From Candidatus Latescibacterota bacterium (GTDB lineage: Bacteria; Latescibacterota; UBA2968), in contig OZ220741.1 in assembly GCA_965116885.1 (NCBI GenBank), positions 5,248,001 through 5,312,000 on the forward strand: a DNA stretch of 64,000 nucleotides, read 5' to 3'. Within the stretch, counting starts at the first letter, position 1. Each line of letters opens with the position of its first letter. The translations under genes were made by a program, and so were the position numbers. This document shows positions 9,406-19,174 of the stretch, piece by piece. The notes below the pieces were generated by a model, which worked only from the letters and a program-made list of their open reading frames with translations, made no database searches and was not told where the DNA came from.

Positions 9406-10062
9406 CTAACTTTTATCTGCCTCCGCGTCCTCTTCCTGGACCTCCGGTGCAGGCTTGCCCTGGCTTACCACCACTTTCGCCGGTCGCAGCACCTTATCGC
9501 CCAGACTATATCCTTTTTCAATCTCATCTGAGACAATACCGACATCGTGGACTTCAGATGGCATTTGCATCAATGCCTCATGCACATTCGGATCAAATGG
9601 TTTGCCAACAGTCTCAATTTCTTTCAGATTGCGATTGTAGAGCACGCGCGGAAATTGCTCCATAATCATTTTTATGCCTTCTTGAAAGCCCTCCGACTCT
9701 GTATCCCCATTTTCGCTGTGTGCCAATGCGCGACCAACACCATCTAAAATGGGCAATAAATCGCGAATCACATCTTCGCTGGCAGATTCTACAAGAATCT
9801 CAAATTCTCGCGCCCTGCGTTTTTTGTAATTCTCAAACTCAGCGGCAAGACGCATCCACCGCTCTTTGTACATTTCGGCTTCTTCGCGGGCCAAAAATAA
9901 GGGAGTAGCCTCTATCTTCTCCTTTGGCTCCTCCGATTCATCAGTCTTCCCATTAACCTCATCTTTCGCTACCTCTACCTCCGCACCTTCCGACACATCC
10001 CCATCTTCCACGACTTCTTCTTCCAGTGATATTTCTTCTTTTTTTTCTTTTTTCTGCGCCAT
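9406..10062 (-). CDS. grpE: Nucleotide exchange factor GrpE
   Basis: RLAAEFENYKKR, FDPNVHEA and KGYSLGDKVLRPAKVVV motifs. Confidence 0.97.
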   Translation of the reverse strand: MAQKKEKKEEISLEEEVVEDGDVSEGAEVEVAKDEVNGKTDESEEPKEKIEATPLFLAREEAEMYKERWMRLAAEFENYKKRRAREFEILVESASEDVIRDLLPILDGVGRALAHSENGDTESEGFQEGIKMIMEQFPRVLYNRNLKEIETVGKPFDPNVHEALMQMPSEVHDVGIVSDEIEKGYSLGDKVLRPAKVVVSQGKPAPEVQEEDAEADKS

Positions 10063-10085
10063 GATTTTTCAACAACTCCTTTACC

Positions 10086-11111
10086 TTACCTGCGATCCAA
10101 CATCTCTTCTGTCAGATTTGCCATATATTGCACCAGAGGAACGAGCCGCCCATAGGGCAATCGCGTTGGCCCAATAATCCCGATAACACCCGACACATTG
10201 CCCACCGAATACGTAGAAGTCAGCAAACTGCAATCCTTGAGCGCGGGCGATTCGTGTTCATCTCCAATCGTGATGGAAATACCCGCATCGCGCGCGCGGT
10301 CACTCAACAAATGCGCTACGTATTCACGAGCTTCCAGCATACCAATCAGACCGGCCAGACGTTCACTGGAAAAATCGGGCTGACCAAAAAAATTGCGCGT
10401 ACCATCCATATGCAGATCGGCACTGCTCGGAAATCTGAATAAATGATCGGCACTATTGGCAAGCAAATGCAACAGCTTAGGAGACCCAGACGATGCGGAC
10501 GCAAGCCGTTCTTTGACAGACGCCATAATCTCGCCTATAGTAAGCCCAGAAAGCCGCTGGTTGACCACCCGCCGCGTTTCTTCCAACTCGTTTTCTTCAA
10601 TTTCTGAGTCGATTTCGACAACCATAGTCTTGACCAGTCCAGACCGAATAGTCATCACCGTCAGCAGCTTGGATTCGCTCAACTTGAGCATTTCTAAACG
10701 CTCAAAAATGCCCTGGGTAAATTGAGGGCCAAGGGCAATACCCAGATTGTGCGATACATCGGCCAAAACTTTGGACACTTGCACCAATAAATCATCGGCG
10801 TTGCCCTCTCGCAACCGCTCAACACTATCCCGAATAGACTGCTGTGCAGCCTCGGCGAGTTCCTCCCGATTCATCAGCATATCGACATAGTACCGATATC
10901 CCTTATCGCTCGGCACCCTCCCGGCTGAAGTGTGAGGCTGGTACAAATAGCCTTTTTCTTCCAGGTCGGCCATCGAGTTTCGAATGGTCGCCGCGCTGAG
11001 TCCCAAATCCATCTTGGAAATTGTGCGCGACCCCACTGGCTCGCCCGTGGTGACATAAGTGCCAATTAAAATATCGAGAATTGCTTTTTCCCGAAGTGTC
11101 AGTTCGGTCAT
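10086..11111 (-). CDS. hrcA: Heat-inducible transcription repressor HrcA
   Basis: EPVGSR, SAATIRNSMADLE, PHTSAGRVP and GIIGPTR motifs. Confidence 0.97.
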   Translation of the reverse strand: MTELTLREKAILDILIGTYVTTGEPVGSRTISKMDLGLSAATIRNSMADLEEKGYLYQPHTSAGRVPSDKGYRYYVDMLMNREELAEAAQQSIRDSVERLREGNADDLLVQVSKVLADVSHNLGIALGPQFTQGIFERLEMLKLSESKLLTVMTIRSGLVKTMVVEIDSEIEENELEETRRVVNQRLSGLTIGEIMASVKERLASASSGSPKLLHLLANSADHLFRFPSSADLHMDGTRNFFGQPDFSSERLAGLIGMLEAREYVAHLLSDRARDAGISITIGDEHESPALKDCSLLTSTYSVGNVSGVIGIIGPTRLPYGRLVPLVQYMANLTEEMLDRR

Positions 11112-11238
11112 AGCATGTCCCTTTCCGTCTGAATGAAAGGGGAAGAAAACGACCTATCCGCGTTGATACAAATCGAATATGCAAAATAGTTTAGTCTATG
11201 ATATATATAGGAAGAGCCAGCGATTGTCAAGCCCCATC

Positions 11239-11277
11239 AAAAAACGGGCTGGCCGACTTATCTGACCAACCCGTTTT
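11239..11277. terminator. Intrinsic terminator after the secreted CxxCH protein gene (possibly bidirectional)
   Basis: aaaaaacgggctgg...ccaacccgtttt hairpin flanked by A and T tracts. Confidence 0.6.
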
Positions 11278-11299
11278 CGATCTCAGACCTGTCTATTTT

Positions 11300-12958
11300 T
11301 TAACCTCCATCCACTGGCTTGCCAAAGGCATCGGCAAAGAGCAAAAAGTCGGAAAATGCGACCCTACCATCCCCGTCCAAATCAGCCGCGGCATTGTATC
11401 CCGGCACCCCCTCGCTCGTGCCAAAAGCAGCAGCAAAGAGCAAGAAATCGGAGAAATCGACATTCCCGTCACCATTCAGATCAGCACTGCGCGTCTGAGA
11501 CGGTGCATGCCGTATCACGATTAACGCTTGAATTGTGGTCTCGGAAAGAGGCAATCCCAAAACAGAGACGGTATCTCCCACCATCAGATCAGAAATGGGA
11601 AAAATAAGTTGGATAAGATCATCAATATTGCCGGAAAAAAATATGGCAATAATATCCTCAGGGTTCCGCTGATCGAGAGTAATCATCAAAGCCTGTGAGA
11701 CATCCACGCTCACCTGTTGACCATTGCGTTGGATGGAAAACGAATTCGTTTCAGCATTCACACTCTGAACACTGACCGCTCGAATGTCAACGGGTTCCGG
11801 CGGCGTTTGCAGCATAATTTGCAAATCAGTTACACTGGCACCATTGACCACTTGAATCAGTGCCCCGGGATCGACTTCACCTGTGAAGAGATTGATGCCA
11901 GAAAAATGAGACATCGTCACAACATTTCCATCTCCATCAACCACATCTTGACTGAGACTGAGGGCATACGCCCCATCCGGCACATATTGCAACGCAAACG
12001 CCAGTTGTTCCGGGAGGGATTCAGCAGGACTAAGGGGAGAAACGCGCACAATAGCGGATAAAGCCAGAGCAAAGAGATCCTCGTCCCCGTCATCACCAGC
12101 AGAAGCGAGTAGCGCAGCCAATACGTCGGGCTTGTACAGGGTGGCTACTCCCGGTTCACTGATCTGCACACCTTGCGGCAAGACAGCGGTCCCAGAAACA
12201 ACGGCATCTGGCAATGCCACCGTCCCGAAGAAATACTGCTGTACGTCGCTCAACATCATCCCTGCGCCCGAACCGCCAATGATCATCTGATAGGTCGCAT
12301 CCGCGGACAAATTGAGGGTGGCTGTCACTTTCAGGCGATCTTCGCTGACGGCCAAATCCGTTGCCGTTGCGAGCAAAGCAAAGGGAAATGCCAAAATCTC
12401 AACATTTTCAATCGCAATCCCTTCTACAGGGTCAAGAGTGACAATGAGTGGTTGATCAAATGTAATTTCAATCGGCTGCATCCCACTCGGCACGACCGAC
12501 CCCATCATATTGCTCATCATCGCTTCCGAGATTGTCACGCCGCCAATCACAACAGAAGTCGCCGAAGGCGCACCTCCGGGCGGTGGCATCTGCATAAAAC
12601 TATTGGGATCCCCGGGATTTGTCACCGGAATACTCGCATCTATCGTACCATCGCCATCGGGATCACCCAATTCTTGACCATTGGACACGCCATCGCTATC
12701 TGAATCGAGCATTGCGAGCATGGCATTCCACACAACCTGCCCGCTACGACCGGGCTGCGTTAGATAATTGTTGTTGATATCCCTACCAAAAGGCGTGAGA
12801 GTACCACCGCCACCTGGATTCACATGACACGAAGCACATCCAAGTGCCCTGCCATTGGGTAGCTGATCAACCCGTGCTGGACGGGCATCTGCCTGTCCCC
12901 ACCCAACAAAAACAAGGACCAGGACCGTTAGTACTCTGTGAGAGTTCAACCGCGACAT
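11300..12958 (-). CDS. Secreted multidomain protein: CxxCH/temptin-like N-terminal domain, DUF5666-like OB segment, C-terminal dockerin/EF-hand-like domain
   Basis: Signal peptide ending ADA; PNG...GCASCH...GGG...FG.D...W...DSDSDGVSNGQELGDP; 'ISDLMVGDTVSVLG'; two DLxGDGxVxFSDFLLFAxAFG repeats. ATG 12958 after GGAGGA. Confidence 0.75.
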   Translation of the reverse strand: MSRLNSHRVLTVLVLVFVGWGQADARPARVDQLPNGRALGCASCHVNPGGGGTLTPFGRDINNNYLTQPGRSGQVVWNAMLAMLDSDSDGVSNGQELGDPDGDGTIDASIPVTNPGDPNSFMQMPPPGGAPSATSVVIGGVTISEAMMSNMMGSVVPSGMQPIEITFDQPLIVTLDPVEGIAIENVEILAFPFALLATATDLAVSEDRLKVTATLNLSADATYQMIIGGSGAGMMLSDVQQYFFGTVALPDAVVSGTAVLPQGVQISEPGVATLYKPDVLAALLASAGDDGDEDLFALALSAIVRVSPLSPAESLPEQLAFALQYVPDGAYALSLSQDVVDGDGNVVTMSHFSGINLFTGEVDPGALIQVVNGASVTDLQIMLQTPPEPVDIRAVSVQSVNAETNSFSIQRNGQQVSVDVSQALMITLDQRNPEDIIAIFFSGNIDDLIQLIFPISDLMVGDTVSVLGLPLSETTIQALIVIRHAPSQTRSADLNGDGNVDFSDFLLFAAAFGTSEGVPGYNAAADLDGDGRVAFSDFLLFADAFGKPVDGG

Positions 12959-13074
12959 AAACAATCCTCCTGAAGAGGGTGATAATTAGAGACAACACGA
13001 CGTAGCGTCTCATTTCGGAAAATGTAGAACATGTCCCATTGAAAGGCAACCGCTTTCTCAATAAAAAAATTAGC

Positions 13075-13102
13075 TTGCAACTTACAGAGAAATGTTTATA
13101 AT
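13075..13102 (+). promoter_or_regulatory. Putative sigma70 promoter of glnA
   Basis: TTGCAA, 16-bp spacer, TATAAT. Confidence 0.5.
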
Positions 13103-13309
13103 TAGATCTTGTTTTTTTCGCATTTTTCTATAATTGAATCTTGTCATAGGGCATCATCGCCCGACAGTGTAACACATATTTAATACATGAGAAATCACGC
13201 GGAAACAAACACCATCTATATTTCGTGCCGATATGTTGGGTCGGCAAAACTGTCGATCCTTTCATTTTTCAATACCAGGCCACTTTTCTCACAATGAAAG
13301 GAGCAGAAT

Positions 13310-14728
13310 ATGGCCCAAACGCCACAAGATGTTCTTGCAATGATCGCAGATCAGGGCATTAGAGTTGTCGATTTTCGCTTTACCGATTTTCCAGGACATT
13401 GGCAGCATTTTACTGTCATGGCCTCTGAGATCGAAGAAGAAACCTTTGAAGACGGACTCGGCTTTGACGGATCCAGTATTCGCGGCTGGCAAGCCATCAA
13501 CGAATCGGACATGCTCGTCATACCCGATCCTGCCACAGCGTTGATCGATCCTTTCCTCGAAGAACCCACACTCGTGATGATCTGCAATATTGCCGATCCC
13601 ATCACCAAAAGCGGCTATTCGCGCGACCCGCGTTCGGTCGCTCAAAAAGCCGAAGCCTATATGCAATCCACGGGCATTGGCGATACGGCATTCTTTGGTC
13701 CAGAAGCCGAATTTTTTGTCTTTGACGACGTGCGCTTTGGCGAAGGGGCAAACCACGCCTTTCACAGCGTAGATTCAGTTGAGGGCTACTGGAACTCCGG
13801 CACAGATGAAGGCCCCAACCTCGGTTACAAACCCCGCCACAAAGAAGGCTACTTCCCCGTGCCGCCTCACGACACGCTGCAAAATATACGCACCGAAATG
13901 GTCCTGACCATGGAAGAGGCTGGCATTGATATAGAAGTTCACCACCACGAAGTATCAACCGGCGGTCAGGGCGAAATCGACATCCGGTTCTGCCCGATGG
14001 TCACATGCGCCGACAGAATGACATGGTACAAATACATCGTCAAAAACGTGGCGCACAAACACGGTAAAACCGCCACCTTTATGCCCAAACCCCTCTTTGA
14101 AGACAACGGCACGGGCATGCACACGCACCAGAGCATCTGGAAAGGCGATGAGCCTCTCTTTGCCGGATCGGGATACGCGGGCCTGAGCGAAATGGCACTG
14201 CACTATATCGGCGGCATTCTCAAACACGCCGATGCGTTGATCGCATTGACCAACCCGACCACCAACTCGTTCAAGCGTCTGGTCCCCGGATATGAAGCTC
14301 CGGTCAATCTCGCCTACTCGCAGCGCAATCGCAGTGCTGCAATACGCCTCCCGATGTATTCTCAAAGCCCCAAAGCCAAGCGCGTCGAATTTCGGTGCCC
14401 AGATCCAAGTGCCAATCCCTACCTGGCTTTCGCGGCCATGTTGATGGCTGGCCTGGACGGCATTCAAAACAAAATTGATCCAGGGGATCCGCTCGACAAA
14501 AACCTCTACGATCTCGAACCGGAAGAAGCGGCATCCATTCCACAGACACCGGGTTCACTATCCGATGCCCTCGACGCTCTGGAAGCAGATCACGACTTCT
14601 TACTCAAGGGTGATGTCTTTACCGAAGACGTAATCGAAACCTGGATCGATTACAAGCGCGAAAACGAAGTTGACGCCATCAACCAGCGTCCTCATCCACA
14701 CGAATTCGCACTTTATTTCGATGTGTAA
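13310..14728 (+). CDS. glnA: Type I glutamine synthetase (GSI-beta)
   Basis: [41 protein letters not shown], and the adenylylation site NLYDL. Confidence 0.98.
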   Translation: MAQTPQDVLAMIADQGIRVVDFRFTDFPGHWQHFTVMASEIEEETFEDGLGFDGSSIRGWQAINESDMLVIPDPATALIDPFLEEPTLVMICNIADPITKSGYSRDPRSVAQKAEAYMQSTGIGDTAFFGPEAEFFVFDDVRFGEGANHAFHSVDSVEGYWNSGTDEGPNLGYKPRHKEGYFPVPPHDTLQNIRTEMVLTMEEAGIDIEVHHHEVSTGGQGEIDIRFCPMVTCADRMTWYKYIVKNVAHKHGKTATFMPKPLFEDNGTGMHTHQSIWKGDEPLFAGSGYAGLSEMALHYIGGILKHADALIALTNPTTNSFKRLVPGYEAPVNLAYSQRNRSAAIRLPMYSQSPKAKRVEFRCPDPSANPYLAFAAMLMAGLDGIQNKIDPGDPLDKNLYDLEPEEAASIPQTPGSLSDALDALEADHDFLLKGDVFTEDVIETWIDYKRENEVDAINQRPHPHEFALYFDV

Positions 14729-14754
14729 TTTGTAAGTCGTTCTTAGATGTACAG

Positions 14755-14791
14755 AAAAGCAGGTGGTTAGACCTCAACCACCTGCTTTTTT
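14755..14791. terminator. Bidirectional intrinsic terminator after glnA
   Basis: aaaagcaggtggtt-loop-aaccacctgctttttt between convergent genes. Confidence 0.85.
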
Positions 14792-14822
14792 ATTAGCTCC
14801 GTCCCCTAATTTTTAATTCGTC

Positions 14823-15611
14823 TCAATCCCTCAACTTCGTCTTCTCATCCCACCTCACCACATCCAGATGTTTTTGTGAAAAGCCAATCGCATCCCGAAC
14901 ATCGGCACCGCGCATATCGGCATTATCAAACTGGGCTTTGTAGAGATCGGCTTTCTGCATGCGGGCGCGCTGGAGATTGGCCTGGCGCAAATCCACTTTG
15001 ACGAGATCGGCATCCTGAAGTCTGGCACTTTGCAGATTAGCTCCTCTCAAATTGGCATCGGTCAAATCCGATTTTCTGATATCGGCTGTACGCAAGATGG
15101 CATTTTCGAAATCCACTTTGACCAATATAGCCTCCGATAAATTGGCCTTGTAAAAATTCGCGTTTTTGCATCTGGCTCCTCGCAAATTGCATCCCACCAA
15201 TTTTGCCTCCTCAAAATTTGCGCCTTCCATATTTGCACCGCTGAGATCTGCCAATTCCAAATCAGATGGCGATACCTGTGCACCTTTCATATTCGCTCTC
15301 GTGAGGGTCGCATTCTGCAAAAACGCCCCACACAGATCGGCCTCTTCGAGGTTTGCATCGCGCAAATTAGCCTGTAAAAGACGCGCGCGCTGTAAGTTCG
15401 CGCCCGATAAATTGGCACCCCGTAACTGCGCGCCACTGAGAATGACTTCGCGCATATCGGCATGTTGCAATGCGGCATCTTGCAATTCCGCTCGGTTTAA
15501 ATTTGCACCGACCAGATCAGCGCGCGCTCCCGCTGTCCCATTGGACGCTATCCAGGCTTGATGTTGTGCAAGAATCTCGCGCACCTGTGCAGGTGAAAGA
15601 GTTATGGGCAT
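14823..15611 (-). CDS. Pentapeptide repeat protein
   Basis: Continuous A(D/N)Lxx repeats after the N-terminal 'HQAWIASNGTAGARADL' cap. Confidence 0.92.
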   Translation of the reverse strand: MPITLSPAQVREILAQHQAWIASNGTAGARADLVGANLNRAELQDAALQHADMREVILSGAQLRGANLSGANLQRARLLQANLRDANLEEADLCGAFLQNATLTRANMKGAQVSPSDLELADLSGANMEGANFEEAKLVGCNLRGARCKNANFYKANLSEAILVKVDFENAILRTADIRKSDLTDANLRGANLQSARLQDADLVKVDLRQANLQRARMQKADLYKAQFDNADMRGADVRDAIGFSQKHLDVVRWDEKTKLRD

Positions 15612-15627
15612 TTGATTTCTCCCGTCG

Positions 15628-16185
15628 CTAAATTCTGATGACTTCGTTTTCGGTTATGATTAAATCCATCTTCACATCATGTGGCTCGGCAGGCACGCGG
15701 TCTATGATTTGAAAACCATAAGATAAACCGATTCGAATAGCTTCAGTCTGTACCAAAAACCGGTCATAATATCCCCCCCCCGATCCAACCCGATGACCCA
15801 GGCGATCAAAAGCGATGCCCGGAATAAGGACGAGGTCAATGGTATGAGGCAGCAGCACCATTTCGGGATTTGGAACCGGTTCGCGCAAGCCATAACGCAC
15901 AGGTCGCAGATCACTCAGTCCCAAAATCGCTTGAAAATCCATACCCCCCTCTTCCCGCGTAACGGGTACTCCTACCTGCTTGCCGCTACCAATTGTTTTT
16001 TGAATCACAGTTCTTGTATCCACTTCATTTTTTATGGACACATAACAGGCAATACGCCGTGCAAGTTGGTATGCTGACATACCGATCAACCGGCGATAGA
16101 TACGCAAACTCTTCTCGCGAACAGCCCGTTCGGGCATTTGGATACGCTCGGAGCGAAGGCGACGTTTCAGATCTAACTTTGTCAT
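15628..16185 (-). CDS. 5-formyltetrahydrofolate cyclo-ligase
   Basis: NEVDT, IDLVLIPGIAFD, RVGSGGGYYDR and HDVKMD motifs. Confidence 0.93.
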   Translation of the reverse strand: MTKLDLKRRLRSERIQMPERAVREKSLRIYRRLIGMSAYQLARRIACYVSIKNEVDTRTVIQKTIGSGKQVGVPVTREEGGMDFQAILGLSDLRPVRYGLREPVPNPEMVLLPHTIDLVLIPGIAFDRLGHRVGSGGGYYDRFLVQTEAIRIGLSYGFQIIDRVPAEPHDVKMDLIITENEVIRI

Positions 16186-16265
16186 AATAACCACACAACC
16201 AAATAATTACCATCGCAAGGAACTGCTTCCGTACCGTCTCGAATGATTCGTTTCTCGCTTCTCGC

Positions 16266-16294
16266 TTGACTTTAATAAATTAAACTGTTAAAAT
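16266..16294 (+). promoter_or_regulatory. sigma70 promoter of the uppS-cdsA-dxr-rseP operon
   Basis: TTGACT, 17-bp spacer, TAAAAT with an extended -10 TG. Confidence 0.65.
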
Positions 16295-16375
16295 TTCACA
16301 ACATTTTTAATGATATTTTATCGGTGTTTGGGTGTGCAAGTTGAATTTTTCATTATTAATAATATGATTAATAAT

Positions 16376-17215
16376 ATGGAAGACACACATATAAACTGCT
16401 CTCGTGATTGTACTCAGCTTCAAGATAGGCTAAAAGCGCGCGGCAACCTGCCGTCGCACATTGCGATAATAATGGATGGCAATGGACGGTGGGCGCAGCA
16501 ACGAGATTTGCGCCGCACAGATGGGCATCGGTCTGCCCGCGAAACCGTGCGCGATATTGTGCGTGCCTGTGGCGAACTCGAAATAGATATTCTCACCCTG
16601 TTCACCTTTGGCACAGATAATTGGCGTCGGCCCTGGTCAGAAGTGTTGTCACTGATGCAATTATTGCGCGATTGTTCACACGAAGAACTCAATGAGTTGC
16701 AGGAAAACAATGTGCGTCTCATTGCAACCGGCGATATGGAGCGGCTGGTCAGGCACTCGCGTAAAGCACTTAAAAATGCCATTCGCGAAACGGCTAATAA
16801 TACGGGACTTACGCTTAATCTCGCATTGAGCTACGACGGTAAGAGCGATATTCTTCAAGCCGCACAAAGCATTGCTGTCGATGTCGCACAGGGGCGCATT
16901 TCACCAGACGCTATTGATGCCGATTTATTTTCTAAACGCCTTTATACGGGTAATTTGCCCGACCCCGATTTATTGATTCGCACCAGCGGCGAAGTGCGCT
17001 TGAGCAATTTTATGCTCTGGCAGTGTGCTTATACCGAATTCTGGTTTACAGATGTACTATGGCCCGATTTTAAGCGCGAGCACCTCTACGAAGCCATCCG
17101 CAGTTATCAAAATCGAGAACGGCGGTTTGGCAAAACAGGACTTCAATTGCGCGATGAAACGCTCGCAAGCAAAACCAATGGGTCTTCGGAGGACTTGTGG
17201 CAAAGTCCAATCTAA
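16376..17215 (+). CDS. uppS: Isoprenyl (undecaprenyl diphosphate) synthase, cis-prenyltransferase
   Basis: HIAIIMDGNGRWA, PDLLIRTSGEVRLSNFMLWQ and RERRFG. Start uncertain (ATG 16376 chosen). Confidence 0.93.
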   Translation: MEDTHINCSRDCTQLQDRLKARGNLPSHIAIIMDGNGRWAQQRDLRRTDGHRSARETVRDIVRACGELEIDILTLFTFGTDNWRRPWSEVLSLMQLLRDCSHEELNELQENNVRLIATGDMERLVRHSRKALKNAIRETANNTGLTLNLALSYDGKSDILQAAQSIAVDVAQGRISPDAIDADLFSKRLYTGNLPDPDLLIRTSGEVRLSNFMLWQCAYTEFWFTDVLWPDFKREHLYEAIRSYQNRERRFGKTGLQLRDETLASKTNGSSEDLWQSPI

Positions 17216-18009
17216 TCCAGCGCGTATTGGCAGCAGCCGTTTTTGGTCCAGTTTTGGTGGTGTTATTCTGGTTGGGTGACTATTGGCTATTTATAATGTG
17301 GTGCGGTGTGGTCTCTATAGGCACCTGGGAATTTTATCGCATGCTATCTCAGAAAGGGCTGTACCCCTGGACGGGATTTGGCATTGTTATATCCCTCTCC
17401 TGGTGCGCTGTCGCTTATGTTATTGGGCCAACTGCTTTCGCATTTTTTTTTCTCGTATTATTGCTCTTGATGTTCAGCATCGCCCTGTTTCGAGACGCCA
17501 CAGGCTATCGCCTGCTCAATGCAGGCGGCACGCTTTTAGGTGTGCTTTACGTCGGTTTTTTGGGCAGTTTTGTTCTCATAGTGAGAAACTCATTGCCCTT
17601 TGGTGCGTCAGAACAGGGGCAAGTTGCTGTTCTCATCTTACTGGGGATTTGGGCCAATGATACAATGGCCTATTTTTTTGGACGGTGGTTTGGCCGATGG
17701 CACCCCTTTCCCACAATCAGCGCGGCGAAGACCGAAGCCGGATTCATCGGAGGTCTTCTATTCGCACTTTTGGTAACAGGACTCGGCGGACAGGTCCTCG
17801 GGCTGTTTAATATAACCCAAAGCCTCATACTCGGCCTTCTCATTGGCATTGGGGCATCTTTGGGAGATCTCGTTGAATCTATGATTAAACGAGATATGGA
17901 CGTCAAAGATACGTCGGAACTGATCCCTGGACACGGTGGCGTGCTGGATCGCTTTGACAGTGCTTTTTTTGTTTTTCCACTTGTTTATCTTTATTTTCAA
18001 TTTTTATGA
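17197..18009 (+). CDS. cdsA: Phosphatidate cytidylyltransferase
   Basis: Multiple TM helices; DTMAYF and GDLVESMIKR...KD...IPGHGGVLDRFDS. Confidence 0.95.
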   Translation: MAKSNLIQRVLAAAVFGPVLVVLFWLGDYWLFIMWCGVVSIGTWEFYRMLSQKGLYPWTGFGIVISLSWCAVAYVIGPTAFAFFFLVLLLLMFSIALFRDATGYRLLNAGGTLLGVLYVGFLGSFVLIVRNSLPFGASEQGQVAVLILLGIWANDTMAYFFGRWFGRWHPFPTISAAKTEAGFIGGLLFALLVTGLGGQVLGLFNITQSLILGLLIGIGASLGDLVESMIKRDMDVKDTSELIPGHGGVLDRFDSAFFVFPLVYLYFQFL

Positions 18010-19160
18010 TAAAACGCGTTGCCCTTCTCGGATCCACAGGCTCTATCGGCACAAACACGCTACGTGTTTTGAATAGCCTATCCGACCGATTTGAACTGGT
18101 GAGTTTATGTGCCGGACGCAATGTCGAGTTGCTGTGTGAACAAGCCGAGCAATGGCGCCCTAAGCGCGTTTGTATTGCTCAGGGGGCAAAAGAGGTCCAG
18201 GCGCGTCTTGCCCCACTGGACATTGAAGTACTCGAAGGCAACGCGGGCTTGCAGGAACTGTCTGTCGATCCCGATACCGACCTGGTCATTAATGGCCTGG
18301 CGGCAGGCGTGGGACTGCGCCCTACGCTATCTGCTGTGCGCGCGGGCAAAGATGTGGCAATTGCCAATAAAGAGACACTGGTTGTCGCAGGGCATCTGGT
18401 AACTGCATGGGCCAAACAGACCGGCGCCACATTATTGCCGATCGACAGTGAGACAACGCCGCTGTGGCAATCGTTGCAAGAGACGAACCGAGACGAGGTC
18501 AAACGCATTTTACTGCCCGCCTCGGGCGGTCCTTTTTTTGACTATACACAAAAGCAAATGGCGAGTGTTTCACGCGACCAGGCACTCAATCATCCCACCT
18601 GGCAGATGGGACCAAAAATTACGATTGACTCCGCTACATTGATGAATAAAGGCTTTGAAGTGATCGAAGCGCAATGGTTTCTCGATTTGCCGATCTCGAA
18701 AATCGATGTGATTATTCATCGGCAGTCTATTGTGCATTGTCTTATCGAATACGTGGATGGCGGCATGATGGCGCACCTGAGTACACCCGATATGCAGTTG
18801 CCCATTCATCAGGCTCTGGTACACCCCGAAAAGCTACCTACACAGATTGAACGCCTGGATCTGACAAAGGTCGGCACATTGAGTTTTTTCCAGCCCGATA
18901 CAGACCGATTTCCCTGTCTTCAATTGGCATATCAGGCCGTAGAACAGGGCGGAACTGCGCCCGCTGCACTCAACGCTGCCAATGAAGTCGCCGTATATGC
19001 TTTTCTCGATGGCCGCATCGGATTTCTCGATATCCCTCGTGTGATTGCACAAACCCTTGATGAACACGAGGCATCTGAAGATACCCTCGAGGCGATCTTT
19101 GACACAGACCGCTGGGGGCGAGTCCGTGCAAATGAACTGATTTGTTCACTTGAATCATAG
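18006..19160 (+). CDS. dxr: 1-deoxy-D-xylulose 5-phosphate reductoisomerase
   Basis: LGSTGSIG, ANKE, ASGGPF, HPTWQMGPKITIDSATLMNKGFE and NAANE. Confidence 0.96.
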   Translation: MIKRVALLGSTGSIGTNTLRVLNSLSDRFELVSLCAGRNVELLCEQAEQWRPKRVCIAQGAKEVQARLAPLDIEVLEGNAGLQELSVDPDTDLVINGLAAGVGLRPTLSAVRAGKDVAIANKETLVVAGHLVTAWAKQTGATLLPIDSETTPLWQSLQETNRDEVKRILLPASGGPFFDYTQKQMASVSRDQALNHPTWQMGPKITIDSATLMNKGFEVIEAQWFLDLPISKIDVIIHRQSIVHCLIEYVDGGMMAHLSTPDMQLPIHQALVHPEKLPTQIERLDLTKVGTLSFFQPDTDRFPCLQLAYQAVEQGGTAPAALNAANEVAVYAFLDGRIGFLDIPRVIAQTLDEHEASEDTLEAIFDTDRWGRVRANELICSLES

Positions 19161-19174
19161 AAACGAGGTTTCCC

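Noticed and set aside
11112..11238. CIRCE operator upstream of hrcA
   Set aside because: Only a weak half-site-like 'ctggctctt'; no inverted repeat with a 9-bp spacer.
13168..13190. NtcA or GlnR box upstream of glnA (tgtaacacatatttaataca)
   Set aside because: The spacing is TGTA-N12-TACA, which matches neither TGTA-N8-TACA nor TGTNA-N7-TNACA.
13187..13297. 36-aa leader ORF upstream of glnA
   Set aside because: No RBS and no Gln/Glu-rich tract; not supportable as a leader peptide.
14823..15611. Pentapeptide protein as a Qnr/MfpA resistance factor
   Set aside because: Generic A(D/N)L repeats with no Qnr-specific features or context.
16186..16310. 6S RNA upstream of the 5-formyl-THF cyclo-ligase gene (ssrS-ygfA synteny)
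   Set aside because: The space is short, is shared with the divergent uppS promoter, and shows no long 6S-like rod structure.
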